Shown here: one piece after another, positions 30,918 to 43,832 of the stretch | How positions within the stretch are numbered: the first letter of the stretch is position 1 | How the letters are laid out: each line of letters begins with the position of its first letter | Assembly: GCA_002104905.1 (NCBI GenBank) | Contig: MCFE01000429.1 | Location: 12,478 to 76,477, forward strand | Origin: Basidiobolus meristosporus CBS 931.73 | Taxonomy: Eukaryota > Fungi > Basidiobolomycota | Direction of reading: 5' to 3' | DNA length: 64,000 bases | The notes under the pieces: generated by a model | What the model saw: the letters and a program-made list of their open reading frames with translations, nothing else | Databases searched by the model: none | What the model was told of the DNA's origin: nothing | Program-made: the position numbers and the translations under genes

Positions 30918-31949
30918 CTAAGAGATCGTCTGGAATTGCGGCTCAGTTCGAAGCAAAGGGGGATGGCGTCTCGCTGAAGAGCGTGTGAACCGGCCAGGAA
31001 TGAAGATATTTTCATCCACAGTGTATCGGTTGTTGTCGGGCCGAAGCAACAAAATAATTCCATCACTACATGATATGGCAACAGCATGGAGATTGAGCTC
31101 CCCATAGCTTGGCGAGAGGAAGACGATAGGAAAAGAGGTCATCGACTGGTGTGATTTGATGGTAAAGAATGCGTGATCTACAGTGCACATATCCTCTGGA
31201 AGAATATACGAAAGGAGCGGTACACCGATCATCTCCTCCGGCAATATGCCCAGTAGAGTCTCTGCAGCTTTGGATGCAAACAAGATGGCATGCCGGAGAG
31301 TAAAACGATTGATAATAAGGCACACCCTTGGCTCGGGTGTGAGGTTTCGAAAGGCCTGTTCGAGATTAGGGTATTTTATCAAAGAAATCGGTCTATTAAA
31401 CGAATCCTAGTAGGCAAGTTCTTGTTAGGCTTTTGAAAATCAACTTGGTGGGTGGAAATGTTCAATACCAGTGTTTCTAGACCCTCGCTACAAACTACGG
31501 TTCTCTCGATCGAGGCTCCTCGTTGGTACGCTAAAATACAGAGTTTAAGGATTAATCACGCTGCAGCCGTGCGATACGTATCTCGTGGGCGGCTTGCACC
31601 AGTACTTACGTATTAATTGACATTTGAAGCGGGGTGGGCCGGTTATTAATGAATAATATACCACTATCATATCGTGGCATATTACTCCAATTAGTTCGAT
31701 GTATACGTGAAATCCCTCCTTGTGTCGTGCTCTACATAAAACGACCGAGAAGAGTTTGTCCTCTTTCAGTGCTGCGTGGTACACTGTTTTTACGCCTTCC
31801 TTATCGTCAGGATGATATAGGAAGTCCCATTTGAGCCCGATTACTTCTTCAGGCTTGAACCCTAACACCTCGTATATATTGTCAGAAACAAAAAGAACGG
31901 TCGCATCGGGTGCGTATTCTAAGAAGAGCATGAAGTTGGGTTCTATCAT
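30918..31949 (-). CDS. Tandem PAS-domain protein, about 296 aa, no output domain
   Basis: Exons 31949-31610, 31530-31469 and 31406-30918 (donors GTAAGT and GTATTG; branch CTAAC in intron 2) total 891 nt in one frame. PAS1 LFVSDNIYEVLGFKPEEVIG...YHPDD; PAS2 EPRVCLIINRFT...LLGILPEEMIG...CSDGIILLLR. Confidence 0.8.
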
Positions 31950-32477
31950 GACGGAGACTCTCTTTAGAATGAGCAGAAGGTACTAGATTATGTGGCTAGG
32001 TAGCTAATCGTCAGAGGAGGTAATGATTCTGGAAGTGGGAAGAGGGTATGTCAACGTTCCAAGGAGTCAAGGATCAATTGCAATTTGATGGGGAGCTAAA
32101 AATAAGGATAAATTAGGCCGGACTAATTACTGTCCACTTGATTCGGATGAGAAACCATCAAGCTTATCGATATAGAAATAAGCATCAAAAGCTCTGACCG
32201 TATTGCTACTTTGATAATTAATTTCCCCGGCGATTGGGTGGACAAGCAATCGAGAGAATCTTCGCTACACCTAACCCTACCGTGTTGAAACAGGAACTGT
32301 GTCCCTCAGTCACTTGATCCTCAAAAAAATCTAGAGGGGGCACGAAAAGAGTTCTGTATTACATTGAATTTCCAATCTGAGTATTGTGAAGACACAGGAA
32401 TGTTGGAATTTATTTCGTTCTGTTTCTCTGTACAGAGTAGATGAAACCAAAAAACCTGAATATGAATAGACATGATA

Positions 32478-33077
32478 TTAACGGTTAGATTTGGCGACAC
32501 GCTCCAACTCGTCCTTCTTCTTGATAGCATAGGAGTTGGAGGATCCCTTGGCAGCATTGATAAGCTCATCAGCCAAGCATTCAGCAATGGTCTTGACATT
32601 TCTGAAGGCAGACTCACGAGTACCAGTGGTCAAGAGGTGGATAGCTTGGTTGACTCTTCTCAAAGGAGAAACATCAACAGCTTGTCTACGGACAGTTCCA
32701 GAGCTACCAATACGGGTAGAGTCTTCACGAGGGCCAGAGTTGATGATGGCGTCAATGAGGACTTGGATGGGGTTTTGGTCAGTAAGAAGGTTGATGATCT
32801 CGAAGGCGTGCTTGACGATGCGAACAGCCATAAGCTTCTTGCCGTTGTTACGACCGTGCATCATGAGAGAGTTGGTCAAACGTTCAACAATGGGGCATTG
32901 GGCCTTTCTGAACTTCTTGGTAGCATATCTGCCAGCAGTGTGGGGCAAATAAACAGGAGCACGGACTTGAAGGTAGTCGGTCAAGGAGATGTCCTTGATC
33001 TCGAGATCTTCATAAGACCATTTGTTGAAAAGCATGATGCCTTGAGCATCTCCAGTGATTTCAGCAGGAAGAGCCAT
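32478..33077 (-). CDS. RPS5: 40S ribosomal protein uS7
   Basis: [65 protein letters not shown]. Confidence 0.98.
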   Translation of the reverse strand: MALPAEITGDAQGIMLFNKWSYEDLEIKDISLTDYLQVRAPVYLPHTAGRYATKKFRKAQCPIVERLTNSLMMHGRNNGKKLMAVRIVKHAFEIINLLTDQNPIQVLIDAIINSGPREDSTRIGSSGTVRRQAVDVSPLRRVNQAIHLLTTGTRESAFRNVKTIAECLADELINAAKGSSNSYAIKKKDELERVAKSNR

Positions 33078-33467
33078 GGTTCCTCGGACCTAGGTGACAA
33101 CTTGGTGAGATGGATGCACATGAAGAATTCTTGATATTCCGACTTACCGAACAAAACAGAGGTTAGAACCAACAGGGAAAGAAGGTTCCCCGACCAAATC
33201 ACCCAAGCATTTCTAACAGCAATCTCAGTTTTGGGGTGCACCCCTCGATACTTCAGTTTTTTTTCTTTTTTTCCCTGAAGATCTTATTCAACAATTTAAG
33301 CACCATCGGCGCATTTCGCCTAGAAATATGGTGCCGTTGATGAATGCGATTTGATTGGCCGCATCGGTTTTTTTCATAGATGCAGGTTGTTGATTCAAAT
33401 TGGTAGAGGTTGCGGCATTTCACACTTCCTATTCCTCTTCGGATCCTTAGTAACACTTCAATACAAC

Positions 33468-33700
33468 ATGGCTCACGAAGCTGTCTGGTTTTCTCGCCCC
33501 CGCAACTTTGGCAAAGGTTCCCGCGAATGGTAAGCAATCTCGCTCTTATCATGTTGATGACTTTCCCTTGACCATAAACATCACGTTGTAGCCGCGTATG
33601 CACCCACCGCGCCGGTCTTATCCGCAAGTATGGTTTGAACGTATGCAGACAGTGCTTCCGCCAATACGCTAGCGATATTGGCTTTGCCAAGTACCGTTAA
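33468..33700 (+). CDS. RPS29: 40S ribosomal protein uS14, 2 exons
   Basis: [21 protein letters not shown]|[35 protein letters not shown]. Confidence 0.97.
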
Positions 33701-35341
33701 GGATTTCGAACGACATTGCTACATGTAGGGAAGGCGGCTGTTAAGCGGTTCCCTAGGTCAATCCACGAGGCTTTCTCCTTAATAAAATCATGGTTTACCA
33801 CATAACCCGTGAATCAATTGGATATATCAGTGTGTAGTAGATGAATGTACACACTTGATTAATCGATGGGTGCTCGATGCGACACAACGGTAGTCATCCC
33901 GGGCCGGGTCAGGTGCCTAGTCAATCCATGGAAATGAAGTTGTACAACTGGCAACCTATATACGTGAGATCCTCGCAGAATGGTAGTCGCTCGAGAGGCA
34001 CACAGCCCAAAAGGGCCGGAGTCTCTTCTGGATGGGAGCGTGGGTTCGAAAACATCCTAAATGGACTTGGTTGCCACCTGATACATATTTAGAACCATTG
34101 TTTGAACCAGCAATCATGTAAAGCGGCTGGATCCTCGTAATCCATCGGCCCCGAGTCCCCAATCAGAACAACTTGAGACTCCGATATGATAATCTAGATA
34201 TTGCTGGAATAGCCTAAGGGAGCATAATCCATTCGTGCGTGCCGTCTGGTGTCCCTCGTAGTCGCAAGTACGTGTTGGAACCTCCTGGAAAGGAGGATCT
34301 ACCAATCATGTGGCCACTGGCCGCTCATTACGAACCTGAATGAATATGCCTTGTGTGCGGATATAGTCGTAGCCTAGCCATATGACAACTCAGCTCAGCT
34401 GGTGAATCACCACCGGTGCTGAAACATGAAGCGACCATGTCTGGGTAGTCGCACAGCCATTCCATATTTGTTTGAGAGGATATATTATGTGTTTCTCTCA
34501 TCTCGGAAATTTGATGCCCCATCCCGGGCTGATTGGACGCGAAGCACCCTTCTGTTTCTATTTCGATTTTCTTTCTTTCTCGACTAGTTTGCAGCCCATT
34601 CCATCCACTCCCGACCCTCTGATGATGTCATCGCACCATACCATCAAGTGGTGTGCCATGTCTGCGGTAGGATGAGGTAATCGCACAGTGGATTACATCA
34701 TTATGCTTGGATGAAAGGCACATTTGAGAAGAATGAGTTACTTGGCCTTGTTGAATGGCGCACATGGAATGAATGTCGCTGCATATTCCATGGAGGTGAT
34801 AAATCGCATTGAGGCGTGCTGCATCTAGCCATTGCATCGCCCATCATTTGGTGCTTCAGCGAATCATCAAAACAGCCCTGAAATGGTCGGAAGGAAAGTG
34901 TGGGGAAATGTAGTCCATAGAAGGGACTGGTATGGGCGTGGTACAAACACCCAGTAAGGACAAGATGAGGGATATGGCCATTTCGATGGATATCAATCAA
35001 AGAGCTTTTACGCTTTATATGTAAAGGCTGGAGAAATCGACATGTATCACAGAAAAAATTCCCTATTCGTAAGGCCGTATCGAATTGTCTTATTCTCGAA
35101 TACACTGATTGGCCGAGCGGGAATCAGAGGAGGAAATGAATTGATAGAATGCTTACTAAATGCAGTGATGCGCTAGAATCCGATCCAATATATAAAGGAT
35201 CCCATCTCTCATGATGATATCACAATTTCCTACCCGCTTGACTTTTTCTTTCGTCACTCCCTTTGATATTCCTAAAATTAACTTCCATTGTTATTGTTCG
35301 ACAATTTTGAGGTCGTATCCAATTCAATTCAACACTTACCA

Positions 35342-36324
35342 ATGAGCGAAACTGCATCACGACTTGGTCTTCCACGTTCTGATTTTCCTGAAGGTACCTT
35401 GATCGCAATACGAACCATCCCATCAACCCCATACTAATCGCTCTTTCAGCTGACGTCGGTGCCCCCACCCCTACGCGTTTTCTGTTAGAATGTGGTGAAT
35501 ACAAATTAACCCCTAGCCTCTCTGCCCTCGGTGAGATAAACCCGTTCGAGGCTAGTTTTACTTCTTTGGGTGGCAAGAAGGAAGCCATCCTTCCAACCTC
35601 CAACTCAAATAGCAGAGATCTTGCTATTGAGAACACGAACCCACCACCTGCTTCCAGTGTCGACACTCCTGCAAATGGCCCCGAGCTAGCTCCGACGTCA
35701 CAAACAGTCACCGCTCAACCAGTCTACCCACCAATACAAAAGTATATCACCACCACAAAATCGTCGGAGCCGGCTTCCGAAACGTCCAAGTTGACCGCCA
35801 AAGAGGTGGAGGATGGCCCACGGGACCAAGAGAATAGCTCTGATGATAGCCAGAGCAACAAACATGACAGATCCAGCGGCTACAAAAGAAAGGAATCAGA
35901 CAACCCAGACAATGACGAGGAAAAGCGTCGGCGTTTCCTCGAGCGTAACAGGGTCGCCGCATCGAAATGCAGACAGAAGAAGAAGATGTGGGTCAAAGAA
36001 CTGGAGCAGAAGTCCGAAGAAATCACCACCAGAAATAAGGAACTTCAGCTGATGGTGAGCCAACTTAAGGAGGAGTTGCTTCAGCTCAAAAGTCAGCTCC
36101 TAGGGCATCGGAATTGTAATTGTAACGTTATCCAACAGTATGTCCAAACCAGTGGGCATTTTAGCCAGCTCCCATTAGACGTAAGCGGGCCAGGGTTGCG
36201 CGTTGCCGGCGGGCCAATGGTTGTCCCAGTACCGCCCGGAAATGTCTTGCCAACTCAACCAGCCTTCTCCAACCTACCACCGACGGGCACGGTGGTTGGA
36301 ATACCACCATTTGTGAATAATTAA
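35342..36324 (+). CDS. ATF/CREB-family bZIP transcription factor (Atf1/ATF2-like)
   Basis: Exon 1 from ATG 35342, then an intron, then APTPTRFLLECGE and NPFEASF. bZIP EEKRRRFLERNRVAASKCRQKKKMW...LKEELLQLKSQLLGHRNCNC. Confidence 0.9.
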
Positions 36325-36610
36325 ATCATCGGAATATGAATCACCAGCGACCTTTATTTATTTCGATCATTTTTGTCGGCGTTCTTACACCCCCCCCCCC
36401 CCCGCTTGTAAATAATCACCTCAATTAAAAGAAAAACCGTCACACTTTGACAACCTGGTTTCTCGGGGTTTCGCATCATAGAAGGTGACGGATATGAATA
36501 AAGACGAAACACTTTAATTCTCTGACGAACATAGCCATATGAATTACTCAATAAGGGATGAGGCAAATGGGGGCGGGGATGAGTGAAGTATGTTGAGGAT
36601 CCGACTCGAC

Positions 36611-38093
36611 TTAAACAATCAAGTAGCTTAGGATATCGCTGAGAGATACGATTCCCAGGAGTTTATCCTCCGAGTCCACCACAATAAACCTACGTACTCG
36701 GGACTGACGGATGGTATCAAAGATGGAGAGAAGTGTATCATTCAGGCGGCAGGTATGAACCCCCTCGAAATCCTGCGAAGTGGGGAAAGATCAGGATTCG
36801 GAGCATATGCGATCAGAGTGGGAGCTCTGTTACCTCTGGTCTTCTAAGCAAGGCCTCCTCTGCTGGCATATCGAGATCGTAGAAAGCTCCCTCGTAAGCC
36901 AGAATCTTCAGGGGGGGGGTCAGTGCTGATGCGAGATGGACTGAGGTAATGTGGGCCTTACCATTACATCGGAATGCTCGTATACATTCAGAACTGTATC
37001 TAATGTAGCTTATGTGTTAGTAAACCCACGCCCGGTGCCGGCCAAACCCAGATTTTACACCCACGTACTGTTCTCGTTCACTATGGGGACGGCGGAGATA
37101 TCTCTCTGGATAAATGTGTTGATGATTTCGATGACGGGGGTGGACATCGTGGCGGTGGCCAGGTTCCGAAAAGTCCCAATCTTCAGTTCGGCCAGTGACT
37201 GGCAGAACAATCTTTTCTCCTTGTACTGAAGAGGGGTGGATTAGAGGTGATCTACTGACGAGGGCTGTACGTTTGGAGGGGAGGGGGAAATTACGTTGGA
37301 GGCGACGGATCTCAAGATCCGGCTCTGTGTTAGCACTGCGATGATCACATCGTGGCCAGTTTCGGAGTCTTTCTCCACAAGTGCCAAGCGTTGGAGATTG
37401 GCGCCCACCATGATTTTGGACGCATGGTACAGGGAGTCCGATGGGTGAGCAAAGAGGACCGCTGGCGTAGGAACCCCTAGTTGCTCCTCGATGCCTAGAG
37501 TGGTATTGGAACAAGGGCGCCTGCTCAGTATCAACGAGTGTTGTTTACATAAACATATCTACCTCGAAGCGAGTGGATTTTTAACTGTTCTATTTCCTCC
37601 AGAGCTTCGGTGTACGAGGAGTGCTGGTAGAAGTATTGAATCAAATTAATGAAATCAGCAACCGTCAGCAAACCGGCAAACGCACGCTCCTGCGGGTCCC
37701 ATATTGGTGCCGAAGCCACTCCTATCACAGGTCGGGGGGGGAAGTAAATTCCGTGAGTTTCCCAACTACTCAACGGCTAACCGTACCAGCAACCGGAAAC
37801 TAACCATTCTGCAACAACGCGGCCAGGGCCTTCTTCACCAGTAGTCCAGAATCCAAGACTATGGCCCGGAAGCTTATGGGCAGCACATCATAGCACTGCT
37901 GCTGCTTTAAGTAGTGACTCAAAATCTGGGCCACTTGGTTTTCTTCCAAGCCACCCCCTCCCTGTGTCGGCGGACCCTCTAGGAGGCTTTCGGTTGATTT
38001 CCCGCCTGGACTAGGGGAGGAGAGAGTCGGCGGCGTAAGGGATTGATCGGGATCCATACTTTCCAGAACTCCCAACGAAGTTTTGCTTTTCAT
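36611..38093 (-). CDS. SNF4: AMPK/SNF1 gamma subunit (four CBS repeats), multi-exon
   Basis: CYDVLPISFRAIVLDSGLLVKKAL, SAPIWD, FAGLLTVADFINLIQY, LTQSRILR, PVVEIIN, and C-terminal RRFIVVDSEDKLLGIVSLSDILSYLIV*. Confidence 0.93.
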
Positions 38094-38489
38094 CTCAGTC
38101 AACTATTCAGAACGCACTGAAGCTGAAGGTGTGGTGGAAGAAACGAGTAAGCTACAGGAGTGTTAGGCTGTTGTTGAACAGGTAAATAATCCATTTCATA
38201 CTAGTAAACCATGGAGATGATCCGATTTCGATGCAACCAGTCAAGGGCAATGGCTGGGTTCCACGAATACGATAATATTGCCCAAGCTTTGGTTGTGTTA
38301 CACCGTATAGAATCCGATAAATTGAGAGTACATCGATTTCCTCACTCGATCAAAAGAGAAGAGTGATCGTCGAATTTATTGGGGGGGGGGATTTCTTACG
38401 GGATGAATTGGAATGATGATGGTGTATATTAAACGTGGGAGCGTGAAAGGGGATGTGAAAAAGCTCTACTTGAAACACGCCAAAGCGAC

Positions 38490-38940
38490 TTACTGAAGCC
38501 CCGCGAAAAGCTTGGGTGCAACCTAAGGAATGTCCATGTGTGGTGAGTGACCGAGTAGAACACGTCAATAACGGTGCAGAATGGGACTTACGCAGGCGTC
38601 AATGCAATGCTGTAAATGGAAGAACTCCTCGACGCAGTTCTCGTTGGAGCCGTTGGCGACTCTGGCAGCACATTCCTCAAGATGGTGCTTGGAGCTGGCG
38701 CACTTGGCGGATTCAGAGCACTCTAAATGTATAGATCAGTAGGGTTAGCTCCTGTCACTACGGAACCAAAGTCAACGGGAAACCCGGGTATGAACCTTCT
38801 TCAAGTTGGGGCTTGATATCCTCAGGCTCTTCCTCCTCCTCTTCTTCTTCTTCCTCCTCAACCTCTTCAGGTTGTTCCTCGACTTCTTGCTCTTCGGCAA
38901 AGACAGTGGGGAAAAGTTCTTCGAGGGCTTTGAATAACAT
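38490..38940 (-). CDS. QCR6: Cytochrome bc1 hinge subunit (Qcr6/UQCRH), 3 exons
   Basis: Acidic N-terminus EEEEPEDIKPQLEE|ECSESAKC...HHLEECAARV...ENCVEEFFHLQHCIDAC|VAPKLFAGLQ*. Confidence 0.95.
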
Positions 38941-39377
38941 GGCTGGAGAGTGGAGTGTTCGGGTGAATGAAACGACTGAGAGAAGTGAGTGCGGTTCCTC
39001 GAAAAACCCAAGATTTTTTCAACAAAATCCTTTTGATACAGAGAACCGGGGGGACTTTGGGTTTGATGGGAATCAGCTGGATTTTGGGGTGATCGTCCGA
39101 TTTTCCCCACATGAATTTTTTTTGTTGGCGCGCTTATTGGATTGGGGTCCGCGAGGTGTGGTGGTCACCAACCTGGAGCCCCAGATGTAATGGGGATTCG
39201 GCGTGATGGGTTCGATATGTAAACAGCCTTTATTCAGTTCGGTTAATCTGGGGTGTAAACTGTGAAGTTTGGTTAAGTGATGGGTTATTTACAACGGATG
39301 TGACAAACAGAATCTTCGCTGAACAGTGACATGCTATTTGGATGGGGAGGTTGGCTGTGTTCGGCAGGTCCGGAATT

Positions 39378-42208
39378 TTAACGGCGGTATTGTATGGCGC
39401 CGAATTCCTCCTGGCGACGAACCAGGTACATCAGTTTCTCCATGACCTCCTCCAGCTTCTTCTTGCGTTCAGCCAGTTTCAGTTGCTTCATCACCCGTGG
39501 GTTCTCCTTAGCGAAGTAGTCGATTTCATTCCTATTCAGTCCGTAGTACAGTCGATTGTCGACCTCTCTAGGGAACAGGAAGAAGAACTCGTTCAGCAGC
39601 TCCACTTGGATGAACATGACTGCGGTGTAGACCAGTTTCTCCGCCACGACGTTCAGGAATACCTCGGGACACATGTTCTTGTTATCTACGCTTCTGCACT
39701 TGCGGCTCTTAAGCGTGGCAAGTCGGTACTTCAGGATCATGGCGCGTTGCTTCAAGCAGATGGCTTCTTTGGCCTTCTCAAGAAGAATCGGGTTGAAGTG
39801 CGGCTTGGCAGCATCTAGCAGCTCCGAATCCACATCAGCATGCTGGTCATCATGGACAATGGCTGCCTTGCTAGCTGTTCTACGCTGCTCATCTCTTTCG
39901 GAATCCAATACGTGCTTGATAGCGGAGCGTAGCTTGGCTTTACCGACGGTGGTCTTGATGTTGGTGAGTGCGTATTCACACATCGAGATCTCCTTTTGTA
40001 ACAAGCCGATGGATCTCTTGAGTCCGTCCGCCCACTCCTGCTCGGTACACTCCACTTCGTATTTGTAAGGCTTGATGGTGTTCTCCACTTGATCAACGGT
40101 GACTTGGTACTTGCTTTTCAAGATTTCATGGCTGAACTGGACGATCTGGCGTTGAGTGTCCGGGTGGTGAAGGAATGGCTCGTTCGACGCCAGCTTCTCC
40201 ATGTTCTTCATGACCAGGTCCACCACCATCTGGGTGCTGGATCTGCCGAGCCCGCTTTTGGTAAGGAGCGACGAGCAGATGTCGAGTTTGTGCTCCCAGT
40301 ATACCTCGTCCAGCTTCTCTTTTCCCAAGGAAAAGATCTTGGGATCGGACCAGTACATCTCGGCGCAGATGTCGAGGACACGCTCTTCCAAAAGGTTTCG
40401 GAGCTCCTGTCGCACCTGAGGCTTGCCAAAGGTGCTTGCGAAGTCCTTGAACTTCAATTTTAGCGTATCCATGGTCTCGGCTACGTAGGATTCGGCGGTG
40501 ACTCGGCGGTCATTGTACTCAACTTTGAACTGGTACCTGGCTTCTTCCAGCTCCGTTTGTACACGATCCACGATGGTGGACAGGTTTCTTCTCATGTTCT
40601 CCTCCAGGACGTGGGTAAGCTTCTCCCGAAGGTTCGCGGTGCCGACGACGATGTTCCGCTGGCTGTAGACCGGGTTGGATCGGAAATACTGCTCCTCTGC
40701 TCTTACCACTTGCTTGTTCCCACTAGGCTCGCTTTCGCCACTCACGTTTTTGCAGATGACCCCAATGTAGCCGAGGTGAAGCGGATAGTCAGTGTTCCGC
40801 AGAATGGAGATCCCACTCTCGGGAGTCACAAGATCCATCTTTGTGATCACCCCGATGGTGCGTACGCCGAGTGGGTCCACTCTTCTGCTCGCCAACAACG
40901 CCTCGGAGTTGGCCAGATCCACATCTGCCGCGCTGACAGCGAGGATGATGTTTTGCCGGCGAATGTAGTATTCGCACAGTTCCTGGATCTTCTGCTTCAG
41001 GGCTGGCGGCTGGTTGACATTGTGGATCTGGATGTACCCAGGAAGATCGATGAGGGTCAGGTCGGGGATGTTCGGTGAATAGATGCGAAGCTCAATGGGG
41101 TTGGTGGAGACACACTCCGCGTCCGACACCGAAAGGTTCAGGTCAACCAGAGTTTTTTGAACTTGCTTGAAGTCCTGTACCTTCTCAAGTCCCAGTTGGG
41201 GAAATTCGGCGTATTCTTCCTTTGAATCGGGCGTGTTCACCAGTGTCAGCTCGATGGGGCGGCGGGTGACCATGTTGGAGCCTCTGTTGAAGTCGTTGCA
41301 AATCAACGATAAGTTGGATGTACAGGGGACGGTGTAGGGTGGGTGCATACTATCAGCTGAACTACTTACTTTGGAAGGAACTCCCGGCCGACGATCGCCT
41401 CCAACACGGAGCTTTTCCCTGAGCTCTGGGAGCCGATCACAACGATGCTTGGAAGCTGCAAAGTATCATCATGGTCGATTGTCTTCAACATGTTACGAAT
41501 CTCAATCAACTTCTTGGTTAGTATCATGAATTGGTCATCTTTGTGTCTGGTTGGCTCCTCAACCGGCTCCGGAGGAATGATTCGGATCTTTTCCTTCGGC
41601 TCGGTGGCCACGGCTGAGGCGAATAGCGCGGCCGGTATCATGTTCGGGGGCTTGGAGGAGCGGCCTCCCCCGCGCTCGTTTTCTTCTTGGCTGGAGCCTT
41701 TGCTCGAGGGGAAGAAATTTTTGAATAGGTCCGACTGGGTGATATGTGACAAGCCATTCTGCACTGCCGAGGCATAATACGTGCGTATCTGCTGGGCCGC
41801 AAGGGTGGCCCAGTTGGTGGAGAAATCATTGATGAAATCTGGTGGGCAAGAGCTGTTAATAACGCGGGATAGGTGGGTAATAAGACCGGTGGGTGACTAA
41901 CCATTTGCTCGCAGATGGGCGTAGCCCGCTGCCCCAACTCCGAAACCAACGAAAGTCAGCGGCACACGTGCAACGTGAGCAGTCAGTTTAATGGAGGCAA
42001 CGGCGGCTCTGGGGAGGATGTTAGGGAGGACATTAGCCCCAAGGAAGGATGAGAGGGGGGTGGATACCCTGGGTAGAGCGACGGTTAGTGGGCGATGTTG
42101 ATAGGACCTGAGCATTGGTTTCAGGACGACGGGGTTTCTGGCGTGCGGAAGCAGCGCTGAGCCGAGCCTGACCATTTTGTGGCCTACACTCGATAGTTTG
42201 GTGATCAT
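39378..42208 (-). CDS. MGM1: Mitochondrial dynamin-related GTPase Mgm1/OPA1
   Basis: Basic presequence and hydrophobic segment; [29 protein letters not shown]|[14 protein letters not shown]; DLPGYI; TKMDL; Mgm1-type C-terminus CPEVFL...ELLNEFF. Confidence 0.95.
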
Positions 42209-43274
42209 GTTGGGTTGTTTTGAAAGACACGAGAGGCTAAACCAAAGGAAAGAATGGCATAAGTCCACCCAGACTAGAATTCATTCATCCCAGAGTACTA
42301 GAATTTGTATTTTCTTTCGGGAATTGGGACACTTACCTGCCATGCAAAATCAATCTACTCTTGATTAAACTAATCAACCCTGGGTTTCACAAGCCGTGTA
42401 ATGGTCTAGAATATCCAATCTTTTACGAGTGATGTAGCTGTTATGCTGCGTAATTGCGGCAAACCTACCTCAGTCCAGTTAGCCCGAAGCCGCAGTCGGG
42501 CACGGCAAGTAGCATGTGACGTAGCCCCGAACAATCATGCCCAATTCCGCTAATAAATGATCGATAAGTTGATGCATCATAGACACAGTTGTTCAGTTGC
42601 TGGTGAATCTCCCACTTCAAGTACCACTCTAGCCCCTAAGGTCTGTGATTCTCTTATCAGAACATCAACCATATTTTAAGGGGACACATCACTAGGTTAT
42701 TTCATCGTTTGTCATCAGGGATGGTGATGAGGTAGTCTCTGGTGCACGTGGCCAGATGATCCTGGTCGAGCGTACTTTCCCCAATATTTAATCTAATACA
42801 AATGATGCACTCAGGACCACCTGAGTCCTCCAGGACGGCTGCGACTTGACTCGGTTGAGATACACCCAATGTTTCAGCGATTCAGCCTACCATTCAGGTT
42901 TGGGCCAACTCGTCATTGACATACTGTTCAAACTGATCGGAGACCAGAGATCACCCACTACATGGAACAGGATCCCTTCCGATTTTTGTCAATGCTTCGA
43001 GATCCCTCTCAGGACAGATTGGGCGGGAGTGATCGATATTTATCGCTTTATTGCGCCCCAATGGACGAGTCTCTACGTATTACATGTGGTAAGGGGTAAA
43101 GAAAGAATATAGATAGCAACTTCATCAACCCCCACCACCCGGGTACCGAGGGAATCCCATACGTTGCTTACATTCATCCAAAAGTGGCTGACATGGCGCT
43201 TGCTAAACACACAACCGGTCCAATCCATACCCAAAGTGGGCTGATCTTAGACAAGTTCCCCCAACTCACACGGT

Positions 43275-43544
43275 CTACGGGATTTGCAAGTATCCGCGAA
43301 TCCCGTGGTATTTCGCAACGATGTACCACGCGTGAAATACCGGGATGAACCCTAGAACCCACTCGAACTTGAACATGAAATGGTGCCCTAGATAGAATGG
43401 CATGAATGCGGGGAGAGAGGTGACGATGGTCAGACCGAGGTTGATCCAGAAATCTGCCTTGAACTCCCTACGGAAATAGACTGCAAGCGGAGGGATGAAG
43501 AAGGCGACAATGAAAAGCAGTATATCCTTTTGGTTGTAACGCAT
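43275..43544 (-). CDS. PMP3: Pmp3/UPF0057 family small membrane proteolipid
   Basis: DILLFIVAFFIPPLAVY...DFWINLGLTI...LGFIPVFHAWYIV. About 23 extra codons sit in the middle and may be an intron or an insertion. Confidence 0.7.
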   Translation of the reverse strand: MRYNQKDILLFIVAFFIPPLAVYFRREFKADFWINLGLTIVTSLPAFMPFYLGHHFMFKFEWVLGFIPVFHAWYIVAKYHGIRGYLQIP

Positions 43545-43806
43545 TCTCAGCAACAGTGGCGATCTTCATCTGCCCCACCGTTCAGCTTATATATTTAAGT
43601 ACCCACCTCCCCCTGAAGTGCACGTGTCGCGTGGTGTTCAGAATGCAATTTCACCCTCAGCACAATAACATGTGGCCAAATGAAACTGTGCAATACCAGC
43701 CGCCCACCCTGGAAACCACAATACCCCACATCCGGATCAGAATGTTTATGTATTTCTCATTCTTTATGATTAAAATTGACATGTGCAAACGGCGTTTCAT
43801 GTAGGG

Positions 43807-43832
43807 GAGAGAGAGAGAGAGAGACAGAGAGA
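43807..43832 (+). repeat. (GA)n microsatellite with one GA>CA interruption
   Basis: Direct reading. Confidence 0.85.

Noticed and set aside
34030-34060. GGTTCGAA T-loop-like motif (also at about 39210 and 43988)
   Set aside because: No T-stem pairing or cloverleaf; not tRNAs.
33800-35100. Short ORFs between RPS29 and the ATF gene
   Set aside because: No motifs, no RNase P/MRP/SRP signatures and no consistent exon chain.
36389-38392. Homopolymer C/G runs around SNF4 as G-quadruplexes
   Set aside because: Isolated single runs in introns or UTRs, not four clustered G-tracts.
42329-42345. ACTTACCTGCC resembling the U1 snRNA 5' end
   Set aside because: No U1 stem-loops or Sm site follow; better explained as a minus-strand CAG|GTAAGT donor upstream of MGM1.
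42720-42826. Possible box C/D snoRNA (GTGATGA...CTGA)
   Set aside because: The D box is buried in a CTCAGG/CCTGAG hairpin and I could not match a guide to rRNA.
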